Source: Dipteris shenzhenensis
Taxonomy: Eukaryota
Direction: 5' to 3' (one strand)
Assembly (NCBI GenBank): GCA_047967505.1
Contig: CM106538.1
Length of the DNA stretch: 64,000 nt
The notes under the pieces were generated by a model that ran no database searches, was not told the DNA's origin, and saw only the letters and a list, made by a program, of their open reading frames with translations. Position 1 is the first letter of the stretch. Every line of letters starts with the position of its first letter. Shown here piece after piece: positions 27,342 to 40,604 of this stretch. A program made the position numbers and the translations under genes.

Positions 27342-27878
27342 TGGTCATGCTTGCATTTCATTTAGTAGAAATAATTATAAAGTTTTCATAACATGTATCT
27401 TTATGAGAGTTGTATCAAGCGACAAACTAGTTAGGTTGTGTATATCAGTCTTGTCAAAGGAGGAAGTTCACCTCAATAAGAATTTGGAAATATAGTAGCA
27501 CATGAGTCATAACATCACAAGGCTTATAGAAAGGCTTTGTGCACAACCAACTAGATTGTCCTAATGCAGCGGCTTAAATTTTATGGTCAAGCCATTGACA
27601 ATCTCGATAAGTGCCCTTCAAATAGATTTGCCCTCTTGACACAGCTAACCTTTCATTGCAACCTAGCCATAAATTGTTTAAAAAGTGCTAAATTGCACTT
27701 TTATCCTCAACATGTGGATTATAAGGAATAGTCATTATCCACTAAGATGTATATTTGCCCCTATCTTCATTTTCTAATGTAGTGTACAATTAGTCATCTT
27801 GTCCCCTCTCTCTCACCCCTATCTTTATAAAGAAGAAGAAAAATTCAGATTCGTCCCCATGTTATCAAATAAAGCTCT

Positions 27879-30800
27879 CTAGAATAGACTGGTCATTCTG
27901 GGATCTCGATCACTAACAATGGACTTAGGCATACCATGATGTTTAAAGATTTGTGCCATGAACAGCTTAGCCATATGATCTGCCTTTATGGTTTTGCGAA
28001 CCGGAAGGAAATGAGCTTGCTTGCTGAATCTATCAATGATAGTCCAAATCCCATCATTCCCTGACTTTGATCTCGGCAAATCAAAAATAAAATCCATTGT
28101 AATGCTTTCCCATGGTGCCTGAGGCACGGGAAGAGGCATAAGTAGGCCAGGTGCCTTCCGTCTATCGTACTTTATTTTCTGACACGTAAGGCATTCAGTA
28201 ACAAACTGATGTATATCTTTCCGCATTCCTGGCCAAAAGAAATACCTCTCTAGGGCTAGAGTTGTTGCTGTAATTCCTCTATGTCCAGCATAGGGAGGTG
28301 CATGGCATGCCCCCAAAATCTTTTTCCTCATCTCCTGGGTGATGCATAGGCAATCATCTTTCATTAAATACCCATCTTTCAGGGAATAGTGACTGGTGGA
28401 TTGCCCTTCTTGCATCTGCTGTAAAATTTCACCAAAATCAGAATCATGAGCATATTGTTTCCTCATGCCTTCCAGGTCCTGATGATAAGCAATAGTTACA
28501 TTATTGACCTGGGGTCTTCGGGACAAGGCATCTGCCACTCTGTTCCGGATTCCTGGAGTATGGACAATCTGAAAATGATACATTGACAGCATGTTTGCCC
28601 ATTTCATATGCTTCTCTGAAAGCTTGGTCTGAGTCAAAAAGTATTTCAGACTTTGGTGCTCTGTTTTGACAGTAAAATCTGCACCGAAAAGATAATGTTT
28701 CCATGTATGGATGGCATGAATTACAGCCAATAACTCTTTCTCATAGATTCCTAAATATCTTTCCGCATCCCGAAGTCGTCTGCTTTCATAGGCTACTACA
28801 TGACCATTCTGATGCAATGCAGCCCCAACACATTCTCCACAAGCATCGCAATCCACGTCAAAAGACTGATACAGATCCGGAACTACCAGAATAGGCTCTG
28901 TAGTCAACTTTTCCTTGAGTGTATTGAATGCTTTCTTCTGTGATAATCTCCATGTGAAGGCTGCATTTTTCTTAGTGAGGTCATGTAATGGAGCTGCGAT
29001 ATCAGCAAAATGTCTGATAAACCTTCTGTAGTAAGAACACAAGCCTAAAAAGCTTCGAACTTCATGCACAGTTTTCAGCTCTGGCCATTCCTGAATGGCA
29101 CGGATCTTCGCTGGATCCATTTGTATCCCATTCTTGGATATTATATGCCCCAGATAATGGATTTCTTCCAGGAAGAATTCACTTTTCTTGCTGTTGGCAT
29201 AGAGCTGATGATTTCTCAGCTCTTGAAACACTATAGCAAGATGTTCTCTGTGGTCTTCCTCTGTCTTAGAAAAAACTAAGATATCATCAAAGAAAGTACC
29301 CGTAAAATGCCTGTACTTCCGGAAGATGCGATCCATCAGTCTATTGAATGTGGTTGGAGCATTTGTCAATCCAAAAGGCATCACTAAGTATTCATACAAC
29401 CCGAATGTTGTGCGGAATGCTGTCTTATGCACATCCTGAGGCTGTATCCTCACTTGGTGGTAGCCACTCTTTAAGTCTATCCTGCTGAAAACTGAAGCTC
29501 CATTTAACTGATCCAGGACATCATCAATACGCGGAATAGGGAATCTATTCTTGATGGTCATTTTGTTCAGTGCGCGATAATCGACGCACATACGGAATGA
29601 ACCATCTTTTTTCTGTACTAACAGTACAGGGGAACAAAAAGGAGACGAGCTGGGCTGAATCAACCCTTTGGACAGCAAGTCCTGTACCTGAGCCATAATC
29701 TCCTCTCTCTGAGTCGCATTGACTCTATAAGGGGGTCTGTTTGGTGGCTCACTACCAGGCATTAACTCTATTTGATGATCTTCTGGTCTCTCTGGGGGTA
29801 ACTCCCCTGGCAAAACATCAGAAAAGCAATCTTTAAAGTTTACAAGAAACTGAAGCTTATCTTTGTCTGCATCATTCATTTCAGCATGCATATCATTCTC
29901 TTTTTCTTTTACAAAAACCATGTACGCAGACTTTATTGCTTTACCGCATGAAACATCAGATACAATGGGGATAGTGTCCCCTTTATTCCTGGCAATTAAA
30001 CGCTGATTTTTCCCCCTATGCACAAACTCCAGCACTCTTTCAGGAAGAGTCAACTTCACTGCCTTGCGGTGAAACCAAGGCATCCCCAAAACTACATCAT
30101 AATGTTTTAGTGGAGAAATGAAGAAGTCTTCCTGATCCACATAACTCTGAACATGAAGACGGAGCTTCCCTATCAAGGGAGTAACTGGCACAGGATTCCC
30201 ACAAAACATTTGATCGGCATCCAAAGCCCTGCCTAACTCTTCCGTCTTTATTCCCAGCCTCAGGGCTAGATCCTCTGATATGAAATTATCAGGAGCCCCT
30301 GGATCAAATAGAATTAGCGCTTGCTGGTCTCTAACTTTGCCCCATGATAGCAGTAATTCTCGTTCTTCTGGGTTCAAAGCATGACCCAGTATATCAGGAA
30401 TTCCCCCTGCCATTGGCTTTTGCGGTCCTCGTGGCTTCTCTGCCTCTTTTCCCTTCGATGTTGAAGGCTTTTCTGGGCACTGGGCAGCCACATGCCCCTC
30501 TTTACCGCACGTGAAGCATTTCCCATCTCTACGGAATTCCGCTATCTGTTCAGGGGTGAATAGAGATTTGCCCTTATAAGTCTTTGAAAACTGAGTACCC
30601 CTCGGCTTCTGAGGCTGAAACCCTTTCTTTTCAGCCTTGGGGGACTCTTTCTTTTCTGATTTTAGAAAATCAGTTTTCTTTTTATCAGCACGTCCTGCAT
30701 GCAAGGATGGCACTGTAGATGGATCTTGTAGCGGCACAAGACTCGCTACTGAGGCTGAATGCATAAGATCTTGAATATTCTTTGCCCCCAAAGCATTCAC

Positions 30801-31676
30801 TACTGCCTGAATTCTTGGAGTGAGACCTGCTCTGTACTTCCTCATCTGGGTGCCTTTGGAGATCTTTTTGAACGGTGCAACCTGCAAATAAGCATCCCAG
30901 AACTTTTGGTTGTACCCATCCACTGTATCTCCTGCATCCATGTGCAAGCTGTCCCAATCTTGAAGAACATGGTCTCTAAACTGTTTAGGCATGAACTGCT
31001 GGTAGAAGGCTTTCTTGAAGCCCTTCCACTTTCTTGGGGCTGACCCATCTGTGGTCAGTGCACTCCACCATGCACTAGCCGTTGCTGTTAAGTGTAGACT
31101 GACCATTCTTAGCTTGGAGGATTCTGAAAATTTCTCTGTACCGAATGCAGCATCAAATTGTCTGATAAACTGCAATGCTTTGTCTGTATGACCATACTGT
31201 CCATTGTAGGTCATAAACTTGACAGATTTTCCTCCCTCTTTAAATTCCCTGGTCGCTTTGGAAGACTTTCTCTTCCCAGACTTCTTGTGTTTCCTTCCTT
31301 TCCTGGATGGTTTATCTGATAAGGAAGAAGAAGACACAGAAGTCGAACTCGAGGTAGACGGTGATGGACTAGGAGATCGGTGATGATGCCTCGATCTCTT
31401 TTTACTATGGGACCATCTCCTATGAGATCTATGAGATCTCTCTCTCTCAGACTGTACACGAGAGTGTGCCTCTGGCATTGGCACGTCATATACTGGATTA
31501 GGCATAGCTTCTGCTGGAAACAAATACTGAGCCCTGGGATCCCTTTTAAGATTTTCCAGCTCTTGTATACGAGTGCGTACCATCTGTTCAAATTCTTGTT
31601 GAGTTTGCGGCACATTTCTCTGTCCTGGATGTACATCCCTATCTTGTGAATCCCACTGGATAGGTGATTGATCCAT
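27879..31676 (-). CDS. Gypsy gag-pol polyprotein (gag, CCHC, protease, RT, RNase H, integrase N-part), prematurely stopped
   Basis: 1265 aa [60 protein letters not shown], integrase HHCC, SDRDPR. Confidence 0.95.
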   Translation of the reverse strand: MDQSPIQWDSQDRDVHPGQRNVPQTQQEFEQMVRTRIQELENLKRDPRAQYLFPAEAMPNPVYDVPMPEAHSRVQSERERSHRSHRRWSHSKKRSRHHHRSPSPSPSTSSSTSVSSSSLSDKPSRKGRKHKKSGKRKSSKATREFKEGGKSVKFMTYNGQYGHTDKALQFIRQFDAAFGTEKFSESSKLRMVSLHLTATASAWWSALTTDGSAPRKWKGFKKAFYQQFMPKQFRDHVLQDWDSLHMDAGDTVDGYNQKFWDAYLQVAPFKKISKGTQMRKYRAGLTPRIQAVVNALGAKNIQDLMHSASVASLVPLQDPSTVPSLHAGRADKKKTDFLKSEKKESPKAEKKGFQPQKPRGTQFSKTYKGKSLFTPEQIAEFRRDGKCFTCGKEGHVAAQCPEKPSTSKGKEAEKPRGPQKPMAGGIPDILGHALNPEERELLLSWGKVRDQQALILFDPGAPDNFISEDLALRLGIKTEELGRALDADQMFCGNPVPVTPLIGKLRLHVQSYVDQEDFFISPLKHYDVVLGMPWFHRKAVKLTLPERVLEFVHRGKNQRLIARNKGDTIPIVSDVSCGKAIKSAYMVFVKEKENDMHAEMNDADKDKLQFLVNFKDCFSDVLPGELPPERPEDHQIELMPGSEPPNRPPYRVNATQREEIMAQVQDLLSKGLIQPSSSPFCSPVLLVQKKDGSFRMCVDYRALNKMTIKNRFPIPRIDDVLDQLNGASVFSRIDLKSGYHQVRIQPQDVHKTAFRTTFGLYEYLVMPFGLTNAPTTFNRLMDRIFRKYRHFTGTFFDDILVFSKTEEDHREHLAIVFQELRNHQLYANSKKSEFFLEEIHYLGHIISKNGIQMDPAKIRAIQEWPELKTVHEVRSFLGLCSYYRRFIRHFADIAAPLHDLTKKNAAFTWRLSQKKAFNTLKEKLTTEPILVVPDLYQSFDVDCDACGECVGAALHQNGHVVAYESRRLRDAERYLGIYEKELLAVIHAIHTWKHYLFGADFTVKTEHQSLKYFLTQTKLSEKHMKWANMLSMYHFQIVHTPGIRNRVADALSRRPQVNNVTIAYHQDLEGMRKQYAHDSDFGEILQQMQEGQSTSHYSLKDGYLMKDDCLCITQEMRKKILGACHAPPYAGHRGITATTLALERYFFWPGMRKDIHQFVTECLTCQKIKYDRRKAPGLLMPLPVPQAPWESITMDFIFDLPRSKSGNDGIWTIIDRFSKQAHFLPVRKTIKADHMAKLFMAQIFKHHGMPKSIVSDRDPRMTSLF

Positions 31677-34600
31677 ATTCTGAGATCTGCAGATTTCTCA
31701 CACCGTGCGGGTAACTGATGCACACTACTTTTGCTTTTCCAACAGAAAAAGTACCTCAACAAGAGGTGTTTTGCATTTACAATCTATGCCAGTATTGGCT
31801 GTCAGTTCAAGGCATATACCCACACAATTGCCAAAGCATCAACAATTTATATTGCCCTTTTCTGGCTGCTGCAGATGGCTTCAAAACGCATCTGTTTCCC
31901 CTTCTCTGTGCACAAAGGCATGCATCTCTTTTATTTCTGCAAAACTCTGATTTTCTCTGTTTTCTGCTGATTTTCTGACAGTAAAATGATTACCAGATAG
32001 GTGGGCATTGATGGCAAAAACTGTCTCTGCAACTCTCTCTTTATTAAAAAAAAAAAAAAAAAAAGGGGTACTGCTGGTTACATTAACCAGATCAGTCCTG
32101 TTCTGGTCTGGTTAGATGTCTGTAACTTGGCCACTAACTGAACCAAACTGGTTAACTGCACCAGTCTAGTCTAGTTAGGTTGTCCTCTGACCAGATCTCT
32201 AACCAGGGTCAGCTAACTGCAGTTAACTTGAACAAGGTCACACTAACCACAGGTCTGCCAGCCTGGCTGCCACGTGTCAGTGTGCCACGTCAGCTCTGAG
32301 CTGTCTGCCACGTGTCAGTGCCACGTCATCAACCCATCGCTCCATCCGCCACGTCAGCGCCTGCACGTGCGGATGCCACCTGGCTGCCACGTCACCTGTC
32401 GGTTAGGCCTGCCACGTCAGCCTAAGGTTCAAACCTTGGCTGGCTGACTGGTGTCGCGCGTCGCGCCTGCGTCGTGGTAACGTCTGCAGTACCTTCTCCA
32501 CGCCTTCGCCAGCACCTCGCTTCAAACATTACGCCTACTCGTTTCCAGCCCGCACCATAGCGTAGTCTCTTCGAGCGCTATCGCCTTCACGCAGTATGCA
32601 ATTTTGACACAGGAAGTCAAATATCGCCTTGCACGTTCACGCGATACCCAGGCAAACTACGTCGCTCATTGCGTTCTGCAAGGCAACGCAAATACCCACC
32701 ATTTTACTCACTGTTTCACTTCGCAAAAATACCCGGAAGATCATGACGCCGTTCTGTTTTTTTTTTTTTGCATAGCTAACCGTCGATGATGACCTTCCCT
32801 TCAGGCTTACTTTCCGTCAGATGTTCTAGGCCAAAGCCTGCACTCTTCAGTCTTGGATCATCACTTTCTAGGAAGAAAATGAAATCTTACGCTCTGATAC
32901 CAATAAAACCAGACTGACCGGTGAAAGGCAGCTATGGCTTCACGTCAGCGACGGAATTTTATTCTCCAAAGCTCTCCCTCACTCCCTCTCTCTGAACATA
33001 CACTAGGGCCCAGGACAAATTGTCGGGCTGGACCCCCCCGAAGGTCTTTATTCATTGCAGAAAAACTGTTACAGAAGTTCAGCATAGAGCTGTCTCGTAA
33101 GTCTCTCCTCTTCAAACGTGAAAAAAATCCCTTTTACAAGAGCTTCAAGCTCCATTCAAATTGGCAACCTGCCACTTGTCTAAAATCTAGACTAAATCCT
33201 ATTACAAGCCTCTAAGGGCCATTCTGGAGTCTTCAAAGCTCTCGGTCACACGAACCGCCTCCTAGATGCTTGTCAGGCTCCCATTTCGCTTAGGAAAAAT
33301 AATCCTTGCTAGTACCTGCAACAATTAATTAAAGCGCACCACCATGGTACCCATTAATTGTTAGCGCTTTGCATGCAAATAACACACTGTGGACTAATCC
33401 TAGTCACGGTGGGTGTCCCCAACCACTGAACACATGTGCACATCTAAACAAATATATATATACAAATAAATATATATATTTTCTCTGGTTGACCGGAGTC
33501 AACACTCTTGATTATAATTAAAGAGCTTTAACCAAAGGTCAAGGCGCCTTAATTATAGCCAGGTCTCTCCAACTGAAGTTGGCACATCTTGGTTAACCGG
33601 GGTTAACCCTCTTGGCGCATGCCAAGTCTTGTTGACCGAAGTCAACACTCTCTGACCGCAGTCAGATTTACTTGACTGGAGTCAAGTATCTTTGACCATA
33701 GTCAATACTTCGACCATTAAAATAACTCTTTGACCGTAATTAACACATATAAAACTCTTTAATTATGATCAAATAAATGGTCAACTGTACTTTGACTTAG
33801 GATATTTACATTGTGGTGACACAACTGAACTTCAAAAGTAATCTCTGAATCTCTAATTTGTACTTTAACTCCTCAAGCATCACCTTAGCATTTAGTGTAG
33901 CATCAAACTTCAAAAATAGTTTAGAAATGCTTGCAGAAAAGAGAGGAACCTTGGAGGATTGCTACCTCACTCCACAAAGCATCAAGCATAGGGCATTTGC
34001 TGCGCAATTAAAGGAAGTAGAAGACTCAGTGCAAGTCTCAGGCCAAATGAAGTTTCACACCTCCAAGGGCAGCAACATCTTCTCCACCTCCAAAAACATG
34101 TCTTCTTCAAAACCCGACTGGTTTTTCTTTAGTTTCTCTTCATTCCCTTGACCATTTGCCCTCAAAATTCACTAGTAGGTAGCCCATAGGGTCGACTAAG
34201 TGCATCTCAGACCGTTTTTGAAATGGTGGCTCCAGCAAGCTGTATTAACAAAAATGGCGTGGGATGAAGCGAGTATCAGTACGGGCTGTAGAAGGACAAT
34301 TTTCAGAAACTCTCTGGAGTGGAAGTGTGCCTATATGAGGGAATCTATGGCTGAAAGGGTTTGGAGAATGGTCACCTACATTGGGAGAACAAGTGCTTGG
34401 AAATTTTGCTCAAAAGAATGGAGAAGAAGAGAGTGTGAGGGAGAAGATGATGACATGGTACTCAAGGAGGTTTCAAGGAGAGCGAACCAAGGCTCTGATA
34501 CCACATGTTGGAGTTGCAAGAAGGATTGAGTAAGTGAAGCAAAAGAGAGTGTTTATTCAAGAGAGACAGGCCCAATATATAGGCTCTAGTTACATCTAGT

Positions 34601-35363
34601 AATGACATCACATGTGATCCACAAATCTCTCAATCAGTTCCATGATTCTCTCAATCACACACCACACACCTAGGTTCACTCAATCACACCTACTGACACC
34701 TATCCAGGCACACCATGTGTTCACACACTCACAACCTTAGACCTTAGGACTCTAGATCCCATTACATCAATTTGTCCTTCAGACCTCAAACTCTCGATAT
34801 GAAAACTCTAAGACTAAGAGAAGTCTCTATCGGCCAGAGGTAGAATCGCTCTTGAGGTGACGGACCTCACAGACTCACTATGAAAATTCGGAAGTTGTAG
34901 GCTTAAAATTGTGGAGGTTTGAAAATATCATAATGATCGATATTGTCTTCTGGATAAGGCTTGGTGGATGCTTACGTTGATTAAGAGGATACACTTGATT
35001 GGAGACATCATGTAAATATGGACTTGTACTATTTAAAATTGAAGTCTTGGTGGAAGATCTTGGACCTTCAGTATTTTCAGTATATATTTTTATAGCTAAA
35101 AGATTAGAATGCTAGCAGCAAGTATTCAGAAAGATGTAAGAGAGAGTGGCTCCAACCTTGAGTCGTCCCTTTCGTTTGGATTTTCCTCCCATCGTGCTAT
35201 ATGCGTCCCTTCTCTATGAGTTTGGGAATGTTCCTGGATTCATCTAGGTATAAAGTCCCTTCTCTATGAAGTCATTCACCAAACCTCTAGACCAATTTGC
35301 ATCTTAAGTGTTGAAAATATAGTAAGTAATTATGGCTACTCATGCTTGTGTTTGTAATGGCAG

Positions 35364-35488
35364 TGCCCTTTCTCAATATGGAGTTCACAGCTTTCCTGCT
35401 CTGTTTTTGCACAACAAGACAGTCAGAGTTCGGTACTATGGATCTCGAACAGTCAAAGCTATCAGTCGCTTCTATGAGGATGTGACAG
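35364..35488 (+). CDS. APRL: APRL exon 3
   Basis: Acceptor GGCAG|, phase-2 join gives [39 protein letters not shown], the conserved APRL continuation; donor AG|GTACAA at 35489; not in the ORF track. Confidence 0.93.
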
Positions 35489-35593
35489 GTACAACATCTT
35501 GATCTCATTAGTCATTAACTCTGCTATCAGTTAATAGTGAAAGCACGAGTATCTCTTGCTAGCCGGGGTATCTGAAATATGTTTCATCTGCAG

Positions 35594-36117
35594 GTTTGCA
35601 ACCAATTGGTCCAAGTAATATCGACACTGATGGTGTGACGTTGATTAGAAATCTCTCAACGAAATGGTCGCTTGACACTAGGCAAATTTGTCCTTACCCA
35701 TGGGCAAAGTCTCCAGAAAAATGGCTGCATGATGATATGTATCTGGCACTTGCAACAATGTTTCTGGTTTTAAGGCTTTTCTTTTATCTGCTGCCCAGAA
35801 TATGGACTGGCATCAAGTACTACTGGATTCAACAGGAAGCCTCTCGTCAAGCCCACAAAGGTCTCTTGAGAGGAGCACTGTTCCGTGATGTGGAGCAGGA
35901 GCAGCGTGTCAATAGAACCATCAAAACTATTAAGGGTAAAAGCTCAATGAAAGAAACTATTCTGGAGAAAAAGGAAACTGGGAAAGGAGTTTTATCTGTA
36001 CCTGGATGGTCGTCATCTTCCCTTGCTGCTGTTACCCTTGCAGAAGGTAGTTCCAGCAGAGGCGCTATTGAGGATACTCGTGAAAATGGACACGCATATA
36101 GAAACCGGTGGGGTTGA
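35594..36117 (+). CDS. APRL: APRL exon 4 (CPYPWAKSPE motif, transmembrane helix, cytosolic tail, stop)
   Basis: Acceptor CTGCAG|, CPYPWAKSPEKWLHDDMYLALATMFLVLRLFF; exons total 1032 nt = 343 aa plus stop. Confidence 0.92.
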
Positions 36118-39100
36118 TTGTTTTGTTCCCTTCCCTTCTTTCTGTCACTGTGCATATTAGCTTTGTTGTGGTTGGGAATTTAAAAGTTTCCTGATCTAAT
36201 CGTTTTTTGGCTACAATCAACCTTCTGCTATGAGAGCTTCAGACATCTTCAGTAGGCTTGGTAAGTTGGGGTTGATTCACTGACAAAGGTAGCCAAGTAA
36301 GCTCTCTGGAAAAGTAGGAGCTACTCTTAGTACCTGTAGACTAAAGAGGTATTGTCAAGACAAAAGTCTGAATGTTGAGTTTGTGGCAATGTGAAATCCT
36401 GTATTCCATTCTTTTCGTTCCTCCTAGTGAGGTATGTGCTGCAATTAATGAGTACCTAAGTGCTGGCTGCATTGAATAAACATGAGGGAAGAGCTGATGT
36501 ATTTAAAAGTGTTAGCTTCTTGAGGTGATTAGCAGATGATTAAGTTGTAAAGGGGGCAACTTTGCAAAAGTGAAAATTGGAACCAAGATTTGCCCTGTTT
36601 AGAATGGAGAAGTAGCAAGGGGATTGAATTTGAGCTTGCTTCCAAAGATTTCTGGTAATTGGACGGACATCACAAGCTTTGATACCCCCGTGATAACTCA
36701 GATTTATTTTCATGATGATTTGAAGTCGGGCGTCATTCGTTCTGATAGATCTTGTGTTCCTACACAGAAGTTTGTTCTTTTGTTCAGGAATAGATTACTT
36801 TCTGGAGACACCGCCATGTGCACTAAGCTTTTGTCCTTGTCCTTTATGTGTACTTGTGGGGCTCTTTGGCTGACAAATTATATGACGAGATGTGCAGGCC
36901 CAATGCCCATTCCAACTCCAATACTTGTAAATTTGGTCCTTGAGGCTTACCTACAACAAGTTTTTATCCCTGCTTGCATGTATATCTTTCTCCTTGTGTA
37001 ACACTTTTCTTGGAATTGCCTCAGTCAAATTTTTTGGTATCGCAGGGGAGTTTGGTGGAGGGAATGTTCAGCTGCTTCTTTATTCCTTAATACCTCGGAG
37101 AGTTGCTATTGATCCTATTGTAGGGTGGGTGTGACCTATGCTGCAATTCTGGGGTGGTTGACCTATGATGCACTCCTTGTACTCTCTGCTAGAGCCTTCT
37201 CATTTCTTGTTGTTTTGGCTCTGCCGTGCTTGCCTTAGGCACTGTGTGTGCGTTCGTGCGTGTGCGTGCTTGCTACAACTTTGTTTGAATGGATGGGGTT
37301 ATTTTCCTTTTTCTGCTCTTAAAATGCCATACCTTAAGCATCAGATTCTCTCTTTACTTGCTGCAATTTTGAGTGAAAGGATGGGTGGTTTCTGATTCCA
37401 TAGCTGTTGCTTTTCTAATGCCATACTAGCAAATAGTTGACATTTGTTGCATTTGTTGATTGCGACACTTCATAATTTGAATGGAGGCATGCATTGTCTA
37501 TATTGTTGATACAGTTGGTTCCCTGCACATAGAGAATATTTGTCATAGAAAAATTTCCATTACATTAATTTGCACAGTGCATATAGATAGCCTAATATGA
37601 ATTTTCATTACATCAATTTGCACAATTACAGGTGGATATCCTCAAAAGAAAATTGAAAGGCCAAGAGACACTTTGTCCATTTGATTGTCCTAAAAATTGT
37701 AGCGTCTCATTTTTCTCAAAAGAGAGCTTCATTACAAATTGACCTCCTTTATGGGATATTGTGGATGTAGATCATGAATAGGGATAAGGCAAAGTGTGAA
37801 TTGACCAACTTCTCAAGCATGATGGTACTGTTCCTCAAGCCTCGGTGCATGGCTACCATTGGCCCTTGCAGACTATGGCTACCCGATTGAGCGTGTCCTA
37901 TCTAGATTTGCTAATTTGGGCAGTCGCTTCTAAAGCATCAAAATATCCATTGACTTGTTGCAACTCGTCTTTACAGCCACTAACATGCGTGGGAGCCATG
38001 CACATTCTGAACTCATGGCAAGGCAAGGAGTGGAGACCAGAGTCGTCGTTCTTTGGCAGGTGGTTTCAAGGACAAGTAATCCCAATTTGTTTGGCTCCTT
38101 GAAAGGGGGCATCATAACACGTCATCGTTGTAAACATGAAGAGGTGCAATTGCTTGCTCTTGAGAGGTGCAATTGCTTGTTCTTGAGTCGCGGGTTTGAG
38201 ACTTGGTCATCAAGGTAGGATGAATTGGGAGATTTTGCATTTCTATTAGAGGGGCCCTTGTTGGCCCTTGCTCCGGAGGTCCTTGATTAGGGAGTTGATT
38301 TGAGGTTGCATTGTGTTGATGGGCATTTGGCTTGGAGATGTCGATCTTGGGATCCTTGATGTTTATGCTCAAGCATGCCCCTTTTGGTCTTGACTTATTA
38401 AGTGCCTACCAAATGTGGCCTCATGGGTGGTGGTAGACTCATGGGTGGGGGTAACTTCAAAAAAATTGAGTTTGAAGAGAATAAATGTGAGGAGGGGTGC
38501 GGGAGGAGAGGGTGATGTTCTTTTTTTTTGCAATGTCCTCTATAGAGGTGGGAGCAATTCAAGGATGGAATGCTTGGTGGGAGATCAAGTACACTAGAAT
38601 CCTGTGGAGCTTATGGCTCTTCTTTGGCCAGGTGAGCTCTTGGGAGATTGGATAGGGGTGCGCGGACTCGCGCACAGAGGAGGTCCACCAAGATTTTGGT
38701 AGGCACAAATGACTTCCAAAGTTTGGACTACTCGCACCAAGCGATCCTTAAGGTTGGGTGTGAGGAACCCTGATGCTCTCTATTATTAGGAGGTACAGTA
38801 GGCCAAAGCATAGATTTGGCTCGGAGAGGATCCCACTTATAGGATGGTTGGGCCCTTTGGATAGCAAAGCTCATTCAAAGCTGCATAGAGTTGTAGGCTT
38901 GATCCTTCGAAGTGGATGACCCTTATGAGAGATTTGGCATCCATAGAGAGCCTAAGGGACCATGAGCTAGACTTCCATTGGCTAGTGTGCTTGACCTTCC
39001 AGGAGATCGAGGCTATAGGATGACCTGGTGCTCTTTTAGACCATAGGTCCGCACTCAACAAGTTTGCATCTACAAAGGTAGAGAACGAACGAAAGAAAGA

Positions 39101-40604
39101 TCTATTTACGTTAGCAAGACTTGATGGGTCTATGACAAACACGAAAAAGTGACCATCTGGAAAGCTAGAGAATTGGGGGAGTGTGCAAGGCTAGCTCTTA
39201 TCGAGTTATTATAGGCCATAACCATATTTTAAGACTCATAAGGCGGGGCAATTTCACTTTGGTCCTCCTAAGAATTGAGACGATTCATCCCACGCACGAG
39301 GCGGCATCATTGATCTAGAGATGTAGAGCAGAGCCCTCTTGGGCAAGCGAGGAGCGAAACCTTGGAGGCTTCTCCTTCAGTAGGCACTTCTTCGAACACC
39401 CCTACACAGGGGCGCAATGGCATTAGTCCCACACATGGATTTTCTCGGAGGCTCCCTTAACAGGGAAGGGATCCCCATTGATGAGGAGCCTTTTTAGAGT
39501 TTAGCAGTGGCACAGTTGGTGGGGGGACTCATTCAGGCCAGCCCCTCTTGCAGCAGGGAGGAGTTTGAGAAAGTCTCTCATTTGGCACCTAGAGATTTGG
39601 AACTTTTGAGGGGGGTATGCTAGGTCAGCAGACCCACATTGGCTTCTTTTTGTCTAAGATCAAGCACTAAGATAGGATAGTGGAGGTGTTCTCATATACT
39701 ACACGTAGGGGGGGACAATGGCCCAACTAGGTCCCTTGGGGCTTGGAGACAGCTTCTTGGGATGTAGACACCAGGGTAAAGGCTCTCTCTCTCCTGTGGG
39801 GGAAGGCATCTGGATGGCGGAGATTGACACAGCAATTCTTGCTTCCTGTTGGGAGGGGTTACGCAGTCCGTGGACACCACACTGCTAGTCGAGGTAGTTC
39901 TCATGGAGTGGAGTGCATCTTAGGTTCTGTTTCTTTATGGACTCTCGAGTCCTTCCACCGTAGTTTCTACAGGGTGGGACCATGAGGCTTCCTCTAGGTC
40001 GAGACAAAGAGAGGCGGCGAGGATGAGGTAGCCTTGGATGGTTTGGATTGGCAGTGGGTCAAGATAGTAGGCCGCTTGGGCAAGACTTGGCACATTGATC
40101 TAGTCACAGTCTTATAGGTCCCTGAGGGAGCAGTTTGACATCTTTGGTTTTGGAAGGGCTGTCCTCTTTGCGACATTCAGTGAAACCCGAGGGAATGGTT
40201 TTGGCGAGATCAAGTAGGACAGGTCTCCTTTTTCTTATATACGAGTCGCATTGGGCGTCGCCTTCAGTTGGAGGCAGTAGCTTGGAACCCCTCAAGAGAG
40301 TGGCAGTTAGGTTGAGCAAGATGTCCTCAAGAGCTCATCTCCCACGTCTCGCCTCGTCTTTAGATTAGCATGAGACAGCGGAAGATCTCTTATTTTTTGT
40401 GGTTGCTGGCTCACGGTGGACTCCCCATCTGTCCCTGGTTGGAGCAGATGCTTTTGTTGCCTAGCCACCTTCCCGCTCAGGCCCAACTTTTGTGCTAGAG
40501 GATAGTGTGTGGGTGTAGTAAGGTGATGGGATGCCAATAGGTCCGCCCGATGCCAATAGTAAGGTGTGTAGCAAGGTGTGGGTGTAGTAAGGTGATGGGA
40601 CACC

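Larger units (their letters stand above)
25887..33821 (-). mobile_element. Near-complete young Ty3/gypsy chromovirus-type LTR retrotransposon
   Basis: LTRs 25887-26798 and 32904-33821, about 99% identical by manual comparison; TSD CAAC(T); PBS 32902-32891; PPT AGAAGCCGAGGGGA 26812-26799; gag-pol ORF. Confidence 0.97.
24662..34781 (-). mobile_element. Non-autonomous LTR retroelement (~2.2 kb net) hosting the nested gypsy element
   Basis: LTRs 24662-24955 and 34506-34781 (TGAAGG..CCAACA on minus), TSD GACCT at 24657-24661 and 34782-34786, PBS 34503-34492; no recognisable pol. Confidence 0.92.

Noticed and set aside
37800-40500. Many short ORFs, possibly decayed LINE sequence
   Set aside because: No diagnostic motif could be reconstructed, so left unclassified.
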